A stretch of 63,976 bases of DNA, counting the filler, from Octopus bimaculoides (lineage: Eukaryota), in NCBI RefSeq assembly GCF_001194135.2. It is 6 parts of 4 records of this genome, joined end to end, with 100 filler letters (N's around TTAATTAATTAA, not from the genome) between each part and the next. Parts side by side here need not be neighbours in the genome. Positions count along the whole stretch, not along the records: positions 52,082 to 60,251 come from NC_068982.1; positions 60,352 to 62,410 come from NC_068986.1; positions 62,511 to 63,976 come from NC_068995.1; 3 more parts are not named here. One strand, written 5' to 3'. Of this stretch, positions 52,122 through 63,976 are shown in pieces (positions within the stretch are counted from its first letter, which is position 1; every line of letters starts with the position of its first letter). Below the pieces are notes generated by a model. It saw only the letters and a list, made by a program, of their open reading frames with translations. It was not told the DNA's origin and did not search any database. Position numbers and translations under genes: made by a program.

Positions 52122-52631
52122 ATGCCTCCAAAGAAGAGAGCAACCGGTTTAAAAAGACAGCAACAGACTGCAGCAATTCACCACATTCCAGAAGCTACTT
52201 TGAACATAATGCAAAATGGTGCATCAACATCTTCTGCCCAATCTGTTAGAATTCTAGCAAAAATGTGTAGCAACAGATCGCCAGCAATTGCTTCATCGGA
52301 AATTGCCGTCCTAGCTCCTGCGAAAAGGGTTTACCCTGCTATGTATAATCAGGGCAGTGCAAAAAGTTGTTTCACACATATCATTTGTATAGCCAATTAC
52401 ACGGAAGAAATTTACGTACGATTAATAATGTTACGCAAAACAGCCTTCAAACTTTCCCTTTTAATTTCATCGTCTTTTGAATTACGAACATATTTACATC
52501 ATAAGTGTTTTTTCATTGTAAGTCTTTCTTTTTTAGTTGATTTTCACCTAGCAAGACTTATCGTAGATGACGTAATAAGTCACACCCGAACAACGTCGGG
52601 TTATACTGCTAGTATATATATATATATATAT
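52122..52631 (+). CDS. Unidentified ORF MPPKKRATGLKRQQQ..., about 170 codons open into an N gap
   Basis: Long stop-free non-repetitive frame in AT-rich DNA, upstream acceptor tacatAG, possible donor GTAAGT near 52519. No recognisable domain; may be transposon-derived. Confidence 0.3.
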
Positions 52632-53561
52632 NNNNNNNNNNNNNNNNNNNNNNNNNNNNNNNNNNNNNNNNNNNNNNNNNNNNNNNNNNNNNNNNNNNNN
52701 NNNNNNNNNNNNNNNNNNNNNNNNNNNNNNNNNNNNNNNNNNNNNNNNNNNNNNNNNNNNNNNNNNNNNNNNNNNNNNNNNNNNNNNNNNNNNNNNNNNN
52801 NNNNNNNNNNNNNNNNNNNNNNNNNNNNNNNNNNNNNNNNNNNNNNNNNNNNNNNNNNNNNNNNNNNNNNNNNNNNNNNNNNNNNNNNNNNNNNNNNNNN
52901 NNNNNNNNNNNNNNNNNNNNNNNNNNNNNNNNNNNNNNNNNNNNNNNNNNNNNNNNNNNNNNNNNNNNNNNNNNNNNNNNNNNNNNNNNNNNNNNNNNNN
53001 NNNNNNNNNNNNNNNNNNNNNNNNNNNNNNNNNNNNNNNNNNNNNNNNNNNNNNNNNNNNNNNNNNNNNNNNNNNNNNNNNNNNNNNNNNNNNNNNNNNN
53101 NNNNNNNNNNNNNNNNNNNNNNNNNNNNNNNNNNNNNNNNNNNNNNNNNNNNNNNNNNNNNNNNNNNNNNNNNNNNNNNNNNNNNNNNNNNNNNNNNNNN
53201 NNNNNNNNNNNNNNNNNNNNNNNNNNNNNNNNNNNNNNNNNNNNNNNNNNNNNNNNNNNNNNNNNNNNNNNNNNNNNNNNNNNNNNNNNNNNNNNNNNNN
53301 NNNNNNNNNNNNNNNNNNNNNNNNNAATAAGAACAAAATTTTATTTTAAGAAAAGCAATCTCTTGAAGACAATCAGCGAAGTCTATCGATTAAAGGGTGG
53401 CGGTGTAAGTAGAATAGACAACAGGGAGAGGAGGATGAGCAGAAGGGGGAGGAGAAGAGCGAGGGGGAGTTAATAGCTTCTCGATCAATGAAAGCTACTG
53501 TAATTATTGTGGTTATCTTCGTGATCGTTGTGTTCGACGTCATCTCCATTATCAAACTTGT

Positions 53562-53604
<43 letters not shown>

Positions 53605-54179
53605 GTCATCGTCATCGTCGTCGCCGTCCTCATCGTCGTCATCATCATCATAATCACGATCACCACTATCATTGTCATCATCCTAATAATCATCTTTATC
53701 GTCGTCATCGTTGTTGTCGACATCACCGTTGCCGTCGTCATCCAGATCATGAACGTGATCATCATGATTCTCCGCCTCCTCCATCTTCTCCAGCTCATCC
53801 TCATCATCACCATCATCACCATCAAAACCACCATCACCAACACTGTCACCGTCATCATCCTAATCATCATCTTCATCATCGTCGTTTCTGCCGTCATCTT
53901 GATTATGAACATGATCGTCATGATCCTCCTCTTCCGGTTCCACCACCTCTCATCATCATCGTCATCATCAACACCACCACCATCACCACCACCATCATCA
54001 TCATCAATGTCACCATGTCCGTCATTAACTTCGTCCTTGCTTGTAACATTGTCATCGTTGTCATCGTTGTGGTCGTCGCTTAAATTTTTTCTCTGTGTCG
54101 AGTTTTTGTTATTTTATTCGTATTGTCGTTATTGTTGCAATTATTATCTTTGTTCTTGTTTTTGTTATTGTTCTCTTTG

Positions 54180-54216
<37 letters not shown>

Positions 54217-54358
54217 AGCTGCTACTGTTGTTGTTGTTGTTGTTGTTGTTGCTGCTGTTGTTGTTTCTGTCATAGTTATTATTGATGTCATTTTTGTTTC
54301 TTTTATCACATCTGAAAAATAACGATTAAGATCAAAACGAGACAGAAGAAAAGAACGA

Positions 54359-54417
<59 letters not shown>

Positions 54418-54689
54418 NNNNNNNNNNNNNNNNNNNNNNNNNNNNNNNNNNNNNNNNNNNNNNNNNNNNNNNNNNNNNNNNNNNNNNNNNNNNNNNNNNN
54501 NNNNNNNNNNNNNNNNNNNNNNNNNNNNNNNNNNNNNNNNNNNNNNNNNNNNNNNNGTGGTGGTGGTGGTGGCGGTGGTGGTGGTGGTGGTAGTGGTATT
54601 TCTTTTAGGGTCTTTGTGGACATCCATGTTCATGTTTCTCCATTACAACTCTTTTTTCTACCAGCAAAGAACGACCACTCTGTCTATCA

Positions 54690-55400
54690 TGGAAGCCAAC
54701 GGTTGAATAATAAACGTAGGTGCTTGAAGTCTTGTGAACAACAAGAAAATTTCCTTTTTCTTTGTTGTTATGTATATATATATTTTCGATTGCCAAGACC
54801 AAGCAATACAGAAGGAAAGCAAGCAGTTATTACTGATACAACCAGTAGCTATATGTCGTACAAATTTAACACCTGTAAAGCCTGTTGATGGCGAAATTCC
54901 TCTTACTAACATCATTTAGTCAAGTTGTGTCACTAGAATTTGGAACAGAGTAGTAGAAAAAGAGAAGCCAGCAAGTTTATATGATCTGGTTCATGCATTC
55001 AAGTTACTGTGGACAATTAAAAGCCACAGCTTCCTCATCAAAATCGCGAGGACGATTCTGAAAAATGCCAGTATACGATGATGAATTCACTTTTAACGAT
55101 TCAGGGCCATACCAGTTTTTACATGAGTAAGGTGTTAATTGAGTGAGATATGCTATATAAAGCAACCATGGAGAAACGTTCTTGTTAGATTTTTCTTGAT
55201 TGATGCCAAGTAGACATTATTTTAACGAAGCAGTGACAGAGACTCGTCAACCAATTATTGTCAGTCGTGACTCTCATCATAGATGGACAGGGATGAAAGA
55301 CACCACCCATAGTGTCTAACAGATAAAATCTTTTGACTCGGCTCTGAATCAATTCCATCCTAGGCACAAATTTTCTCTTCTTTATACCCACAAAAGCAGC
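54690..55400 (+). mobile_element. Very degenerate Penelope-like RT remnant
   Basis: LIKIARTILKN / EFTFNDSGPYQFLH / NQFHPRHKF resemble PLE RT motifs; hammerhead-like motif at 54872-54905. Confidence 0.35.
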
Positions 55401-57899
55401 TGAACCATATCATGAAACAGGAGGATATGAAATCAGCAATATTAACGAAACACACTTCAGTTTTACAGTGCTTCTACTGATTAACGTAGAGATACGCTTC
55501 TCCCCGTGGTAGTTAACCTGATCTAATTCTGTTGTTATGCACATTGTACAGCAATAGGGATAAAACACCAAACAACGAGTCTACTGTTAGTCATATAGCG
55601 CCATGGCGACTCAGCAAGTTATGACACTAATAGTAAGTTAATGGTATTTTTTGTTACTATATAAGAAGAGAAGGAAGTTGGCTGTATGAAGACACATTAT
55701 TGGATCACTAAAAGCAATATCTCAATTACTTTGATTACAGGGTCGCCACTTGGACGTCAACAAGAAATTCCCGTTCATGTCAATAACTTTTAAATGAGGT
55801 CTTTTTATGATCGATAAATAAATGTTACCTAAAGCCTGTATCGGTTACTGCACAGTTTTGTTGACATGGTATGAAGTGGATTAGAATCTCACCCTGGATA
55901 GGACACCAGTATACTGCAGATAAAATTCACCTGAAGGGTCTGCTACATATTTCCAACAACTTGGTTAATGAGGAAGATTCTGTGCATTCACTCGGCCAAC
56001 TATAAATAACAACCAGATCTCCCTCCTACTCCATCTAAAGTACTCATTGCAGTTTTAAATTGGTGGTATGGTTACAGCTGGAACGACTTTGATCATGCTA
56101 GAACAGGGTAGAGTTATGACTCAGCAACTAAAGCTTGATAAACAACAGCATATACAGTGAAAAAAAAGGATATTGCCCCGTAGCAACAGCGAAAGTTTTG
56201 GTTACGGTATAGCTTATCTGGTCAAGCAAGTTGTCTTTACGGTCGTTTAATGAATAACATATTTATGGTTTCCCAAGAGATATTAATGTATTGCCAAATA
56301 TAGGAAGATGTGATGCTTTAAAACAAGTGTAAATGATGAGTGCTTCTTCTCAACAGAAACCTGTTTAGTTCCAGAGGTCACCTAATATTTAGGTCACGTG
56401 GATTGCAGCAGTAAATAATCCCACGCTTCTTGGTCAACCTTATTGATGAACTTGTATTTAGATTTCTGTTTACCATAGAGGAGGGCATCACTATGCAGCT
56501 CCTATTTTAATGGTAAATACATTCATTTGATTTTTTTTATTGGTTTTACGTGGTCGCTCTACCGGACAGAAATGGCAGTCAATCATCCTCAAAGGATACC
56601 CTACTGTGTTAAAAGAAGATTCCATTCGATAATATAGTCCAGGGTGCATATGGCCAGATTAAAAAAACGCACAAGATGATCATGACTCGATTGTCTATCA
56701 TCCATAGCTCTGCTGAATCAGTGCTGAACTAGGGCTATACAACATCAACAACCAAACTGTGTTTAGTTGAGGCCAGGAGAGAGGTTTTACAGGGTCGCTT
56801 GATTTGCTAAAAAAATTTAAAGAAATAAGTTTGACCTACCAACTTAGAAAAGAATGATATTGTTTTGGTATTACTGTGTCTGGTAAGATGTTTGGTCACG
56901 GTTAGAGTATCTTGGACAATGAACTAAACAATAACAACAAGCGTGTAAAATTATTGCAATGGAGTAATCGTCTGCTGGCTCAGTTTTATCTATTGGTTCT
57001 CTCTCCAGAGATCAATAATCGATACGATTTCTGCCGTTATTGACACAAAATTGACTTCCAGGGTGGGGTTTCTTAATATTTTTTATAGAATAGAATTACA
57101 GCTCACAGCATCAATGTACCGAGACAGATTACTCGAGCTTGTACGGTTGACTGATGAATGTATTGTCCATCGGTCAGTTGACCAGATGTTGACTTCATCC
57201 AACAGGTGTATATATAGCGAGAACAATGTTTTACATGTGTAAGCTATCTGTTATCACTCTCAACACTGAGCGATTCCCGTGTATGAAATTTTTATCGCTG
57301 TGGCGCCTGTAACATTTATGGCTGTTGTCACATGATAATATCAATCAACACGAACGTATGGTGGGGTGGGAGAGAGTATGTAGGTGGGAGTGTACAGAAA
57401 TATGCCTTATTACATCATGTAAAACGAGAAAGGGCATAAATCGGTGATTTAATACAACAAACAACCAAAAGTATTCATGAAGTCCTCCAACTTCTATATT
57501 GACAACGTTTCATAAATCACTATTTCTCTGTTCATTTATCTATGTAGGAACTCAACAGGTAAAGCTAGGTGTTCCTCCATTTTGACATTATTGTTGTGTT
57601 CTCTGTCTCATTTCTGACAAAATCAGGATATAAACTCACGAGGATTTATAAATGCCACGGTTTATAATTTCCTTCGCCATAAATTCATGATTTAGAAATT
57701 TTTGATTTGTTCTATCAATCCCATTCACCGTAAACAATATTTTCTCTTCTATGTTTCGCTGTTTCGGTCTGACTTGAAAGTACTTTACGAAAGTATTCGC
57801 TTACCTCCGATTTTTACCGCCTAGAATTCTCTTATAAGAGACATATTTATAAAGGGGAAGGTGTAAATGTCTGGGTAGGTAAAATAACGGAAATCCCTC

Positions 57900-58609
57900 G
57901 GGAAGGTATTACTTTGTCTCGTCAAAAGCACGACGTTCTGCCCGTGACTGACACAGAGTTTTCAAATGATTCAGCTTCTTTAGCTGTAAATATCCACAGC
58001 AATGGCGGCAATGCTGTTGGCGTTTTGATGCATCTTTTTGAGTTTGTCTGTGGATTAAATGTTTTTACGATGCTAATGAAATATTGGTTTGAGGCGTTGT
58101 TCATGAATCTGAGTGACTGGGAGTAGTTTTTCGAAGTAAAGTCTGCCCGAGGGAGTCAAGGCTTACTACGGCAACAAACTGGACACGTCTCACGTACAAG
58201 GGAGAGAATTTCAAGTTTAGAATTATTAATCTGTGGGTGTGGTCTGTATACAGTCTCCTGTGTCTCATTGTAGGTGTGGTCTGTATTTAACCACTTTCTT
58301 CTCATTGGTCGGTGGGTTTGGGGTTATAAACAATCTGTTATGATGTTTCGTGCCGAGGTTTTACATTTTATTGTGATGTGATGTAATGCGAATCAGTGGT
58401 GGGTAAAGGTGACTAAGCAGCACCGACAGGTTCCATGATAGATCTAATGCTTTGTTTATGCATCATTGTTATTATTCTTCCTGTTGGTCAAATATGGTGG
58501 CTAGGAATGTTCTACCTATGTCTGGATTGTTTGGCTTTCCCGACGGCCTTCTAGATCTGGTGCGAATATTGTGGAGGTGTTGGACGTAAAATTTAGCATT
58601 TTGATCTAC

Positions 58610-58641
<32 letters not shown>

Positions 58642-59100
58642 NNNNNNNNNNNNNNNNNNNNNNNNNNNNNNNNNNCTCCCACTCTCTCTCTCTCCCTCTC
58701 TCTCTGATGTATTCCTGTCGTTGAGTGAGCTGGTTGGCTAAGCCTGATGTTTCATGGTGTTGTTAATAAAAAGGAAGACGACAGAGATGGAACCAGAAAC
58801 TTTGTTATTGTAGGTCCAAATTGCAAGTCGATTAACGTAAGGTCAGAGTAATTATGCAGTAGGTATGTCTGGAAGATGGTATGACGATAATTGATACATT
58901 CTGTATTTATGAGGTTGTCTATGTTTTGTAAGTAGAGGTTGAAAAGAGTGGTTGTGAGGATAGATCCCTTTGGTACACCATTCGGCAAATAGCAAGTGTG
59001 GAAGTGTTCTCCTTGTCCGCGATATAGAGAATTGGTGATCTTACAAAGATGATTAACCAACATTGTGGTTTCTTAAGATAATGGTGTGACTATGTTCTGA
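57900..59100 (-). mobile_element. Degenerate LINE reverse transcriptase
   Basis: NGVPKGSILTTTLFNLY (GVPQGS.L.P.LFN.Y motif) at about 58920-58985; downstream frames decayed. Confidence 0.6.
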
Positions 59101-60178
59101 TAGTAGAAGGTAATGACACCAAAAGAAAGGCGCACGCACGCACGCACGCGCGTATAGGCGTACACATGTGTGATTATGCGTATATGCATAACCACACATC
59201 TACAAGCACACTCACATACATATACACACATACAGAAATACGTACATCAACAAGATGCACGCACACACGCACACACACACACATTATTGCAAGGGTCGTG
59301 AAGGATGGGTTGATAGAAATTGCAACGCTGCTGGTAGTGGTGGTGGTGGTGGTGGTGGCGGTGGTGGTGGTGGTGGTGGTCACGATGATAGTCATGGTCA
59401 TGATCATGACGATGATTATGATAACGACGACGACGACGACGATGACGATAATGATAATAATAATTATTAAAGCAAGGCCAGAAAGAAAAAGAAATAAAAC
59501 CATTATGATCAACTAATACGGCGCCACCAATGTTATAAAACACACCTTCTGTAGCAGTAACAGCAGCAGCACCATCGTCAACAACAGTAACATTAAATAT
59601 AATCAATAACAACAGAAATAAAAGAGAAAAATGAATAGACCAAACATAAAATGACAAGTGTATGATCGTTTCTGGTGTAGCAACAGCAACAGTATTATTA
59701 CAATAGAACAATGAGGACGATGACAAGCACAACAACAACAACAACAATTTCAAAACTGACAGAATCAAAACAAAATGATAACGAACAGCAAGTACAACGA
59801 CGACGACGGTATGAAAACCACGGCAGATAAATTAACAGGAAAAAATTCCGCAAGAAACAGCAGCAGCAGCAGCAGCAAAGACAACGACAGCAGCAATGGC
59901 AGCAGCAGTATTTTGCAAATCCCTGTAACGGAAGAACATCAGATCAACAGACCAAGACTAACAACAACAAGAATAGCGACAACAGAACAAATATGACCTC
60001 AAAGACAATAACAACATAAACAACAACAACAGTGTCAAATAATTTTTTTTAAAATGCATCAAATTCTCTTCCACATTCACGACGTCAACAACGAAACAGA
60101 AAAATAAGAAAAACGATGTTACTACAACAACAACAAAAACAGCAATGATAATAATAATTGGAAGAAAAAGAAGAAAAA

Positions 60179-60251
<73 letters not shown>

Positions 60252-60351
60252 NNNNNNNNNNNNNNNNNNNNNNNNNNNNNNNNNNNNNNNNNNNNTTAAT
60301 TAATTAANNNNNNNNNNNNNNNNNNNNNNNNNNNNNNNNNNNNNNNNNNNN

Positions 60352-60414
<63 letters not shown>

Positions 60415-60757
60415 AGGAAGAGAGAAAGAGAGAGAGAAAGTGAGAGAGAAGAGATAGAGAGAGAGGTGGGGAGAGAGGTGGAGAGAGAGAGGGATAAAGG
60501 GAAAGAGAGTAAGGGAGAAAAAGAAAGACCTACAGACAGAAAAAAGATGTATATATGTGTGTGTGTGTGTGTATACATATATATGTGTGTGCGTGTACGT
60601 GTGTATGCATATATGCATGTGTGTGTGTACATATATGTGTGTGTACATATATGTGTGTGTACATATATGTGTGTGTACATATATGTGTGTGTGTATACGC
60701 ACAGATACATAATATACGTATGTTAGTATCTGTCCATGTAAGTATGTATGAAGGTGT

Positions 60758-60824
<67 letters not shown>

Positions 60825-61023
60825 TATATATATATACACATATATATATTAGCATATACGTCTTGTCGATAGTGCTGACAGGTTTATTAATGGTAGAAAA
60901 TGGCGCATCAAAACAATGAAAGAAACCATTGATAAATGCCAGTAATCGAGTGAATATATGTACATGCACAGAATTAAAGCACTTGAACAATGAGACTCGG
61001 TTGTAATGTCTCGGTTGAAAATG

Positions 61024-61165
<142 letters not shown>

Positions 61166-61234
61166 GTATGAATGTATGTACGTATGTATCTTTATATGTA
61201 TATGGAACATCTACTTTTCCATCTTCCTATGTAT

Positions 61235-61330
61235 CAGACAGGCTGTGTACGGCTGGATGCCCTTCATGTCACCAACCATCACTTGTTTCCAAGTAAGGAG
61301 ATATTTTACCATGCCCAGATGTGCTTTTAC
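61235..61330 (-). mobile_element. RTE-type 3' tail / RTE-SINE fragment
   Basis: TACGGCTGGATGCCCTTC...CCAACCA is the reverse complement of the typical RTE tail GGTTGG...GAAGGGCATCCAGCCGTA. Confidence 0.55.
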
Positions 61331-61704
61331 ACATACACACATTGTGTGAGATCTCTCATGCGTGCTATTGTTAACATGGGGTCCAGTACAACCAGTCGCA
61401 TGATCAGGTCGTCGGTGACTAAACCGGTACTCCCATTAGCAACCCAGCAGGACTAAAAATATGACCTTTCAAAAAGACGGATGGATCTAGTGTAAATTCA
61501 ACTACTATGTCGCCATAGCACCATTCTTCAGAAATTCTAGGTTGGTATCCAGTGTGCTGGAGGATCACTGCAAGTGAGTCACCTCTCAGCTTTTGTTAAA
61601 GCATGTCTCTAGGAGGTCACTCCCATGCAAAACCAGATATGCAAGCAAAGGCATTGGACATTTTGAGGATCATCCGCTTGCGCTTGAGATCATGCGATAT
61701 ACAT

Positions 61705-61890
61705 TTGTCCTCTCCTCACACCAGTGTTGGTTTGTTTACGTCCCCGTTACTTAGCGATCCGACAAAAAAAAATCCATATATTAAGTACCAAACTTTAAAA
61801 AATAAGTACTGGAGACGATATGTTTGACTAAAATTCTTTCAAGGCCGAAGTCCAGTGAGTGAAACGAGTAAAAGAAAACTAAAATATACA
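61705..61890 (+). mobile_element. SINE family A 3' half
   Basis: GTTTACGTCCCCGTTACTTAGCG...TAAGTAC...GAAACGAGTAAAAG. Confidence 0.7.
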
Positions 61891-62604
61891 ACATTCGAGA
61901 GCAGGGTATTATATTCATAAATTTGCATTGTGAAGAAGGTGTGTGTGTACAATATTGAATGTAAGCTGGCCCATTATTCAAGTGAATTTTTGCTGTATTC
62001 TTTCTGTATGATACAAGATTTCGAACGTGATCAACACGAAATTCGTTTAACAAATCAGAAACGATTCTTCTTCTGCCATCTTATATATTAATCTATTACT
62101 GTTGTTTTTGTTCTACCATGTTTGTCGTTTAAAGATATAGAAACTTAATGGGTCATGTATAATGATTTCAGCCAATTAAAGTAATTACACTCTACTAAAT
62201 GTAGGCAATGTGCATTAGTCTCATACACGCGCGCGCACACATGCACACACACCCACATTTATACATAACGGATCCTCCGTTGAGCTTTCAGTTGATAGCT
62301 CATCTCATACAATTAACACACTTTATGCTACAAACTTTCTGTTTTAAAGCGATGTGAATTAAATGCCTTCATCAAACTACGTGTGTGTGTATGTATATAT
62401 ATATATATATNNNNNNNNNNNNNNNNNNNNNNNNNNNNNNNNNNNNNNNNNNNNTTAATTAATTAANNNNNNNNNNNNNNNNNNNNNNNNNNNNNNNNNN
62501 NNNNNNNNNNTTTTTGAAAAGAGAATCACTTGGCCTGGGTCATATAACGTGTCGGCTTGTTGACAAGCGACCATTTTGGAAATACCTCAGTTAATTACAT
62601 CACG

Positions 62605-62618
62605 CCACCAGGGGGCGC
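62605..62618 (+). promoter_or_regulatory. CTCF core motif
   Basis: CCACCAGGGGGCGC is an exact match to the bilaterian CTCF consensus, in a GC-rich non-repeat island. A two-mismatch same-orientation site lies at 63461-63474. Confidence 0.6.
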
Positions 62619-62920
62619 TGACCGGTCTGTACGGCTGCCCAAGGCTCATACATCCGGCCTCAGCACCACCAATCCGTATCATGCAGCGTTCTCATTATAT
62701 ATAGCCGGAATGTTTGCTTTCCTTCTGATTATTTATTTCTAACGGTTACAACGTTTCTACATACATACACACATGCATACATACACATACGCACATACGC
62801 ACACACATATATATATATACATACATAAGTATATCTACGTGCATACATCCATCCTTACATGCATACATACATATATATATGCATACACGCACCCGGACAC
62901 ATAAACACACACACACAACA

Positions 62921-62968
<48 letters not shown>

Positions 62969-63976
62969 TATACACATGCATTCATACATACATTCATTCA
63001 CACGCACATACTACAGGTACACACATTTATATATGTGTATATGCGTCAATGTGTGTTTGCACAACTATATGTATATGTGTGTGTGTGTGTGTGTATGTGT
63101 GTGTGCGGGCGCGTATGAGTATACGCACAAACACAAACACACAGATATATATACACATTTGTATGCGTGCGCATGTGAGTGTACATGTATGTATATATAT
63201 AGATATATATATATATAAACATATATATATATATACACGCACACATATATAGCTTATTATTATTGTAATTATTGTTATTATTATCATTATTATTTCTTTT
63301 CAGTCAGTTAAACCTTCCTTTTCGTTCTTATTTGCGTGGCAGCCATTACAGTTGCACTCCGCACGTGGCTCACTTCACAACCTCTCCATCTCCCCTCTCC
63401 ACCCCTCCCTCATTCTCCTCTCGTGTTTCTCCATCTCTTCCTCTCACATTGATACTTACGCCACCAAGTGTCGGCTGTAACAACCACGTGTCCCTGGCAG
63501 TTAAATAGGCCTTTTTTTTTTTTTCAGCCGAACACAACTCCTTTGAGCCAAAGTCAACTTAAAACAGTTCATCTATATTTGTCTCCCTTTGTGTTTCATT
63601 GTATTATGTGCCTGATACGTGCACATACATATATGTATGTATGCATGTGTGTATATATGTCTGTATATATGTATGCATGTATGTATTATGTGTACATATA
63701 CACATACACACACTTATGTATGTATATAAATGGCAGTATATGTATATATATATATATATATCAAAGTGTGTGTGGGCATGTATGCGTATATAGTAGGGTA
63801 TGTGGGCATGTATGCGTATATAGTAGGGTATGTGGGTTTAGAGGGATGCTTTGATTTTTGATCACAGTTTGCGTGAAATCTGTTTGGGGAAAGTGAGCAG
63901 AAGAAAGTAAGTCAGGCAAACATAAATATGGATGAAGAGATGGATGAATGGATGGATAGATGGATAGATGGAGAGA

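Overview
AT-rich eukaryotic genomic DNA with very dense microsatellites and about 4.7 kb of N gaps. The SINE, LINE and Penelope content matches coleoid cephalopod repeats as I recall them, most likely Octopus (inference, no database search run). Most long ORFs in the track are microsatellite or N-gap artefacts. Supported content: (1) many tRNA-derived SINEs, almost all on the + strand; (2) decayed non-LTR retroelements (Tx1/L1, R4/Dong-like RLE, CR1/L2, RTE, Penelope GIY-YIG and RT); (3) a full-length but disrupted DD37D maT (Tc1/mariner) transposon and three inverted-repeat non-autonomous elements; (4) one convincing small protein-coding ORF on the - strand (45078-45395) carrying a motif I recognise from vertebrate PRR15/PRR15L; (5) scattered - strand exon candidates, including a terminal exon ending in the PDZ-type motif EDTRL. 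Best novelty leads are the PRR15-like ORF, a pair of about 200-nt repeats headed by a reconstructable type I hammerhead ribozyme (retrozyme-like), several other hammerhead-like motifs including a recurring core variant, a pre-miRNA-shaped hairpin at 33923-34004 and a perfect CTCF core motif at 62605. There is no CRISPR array, rRNA or intact tRNA gene.
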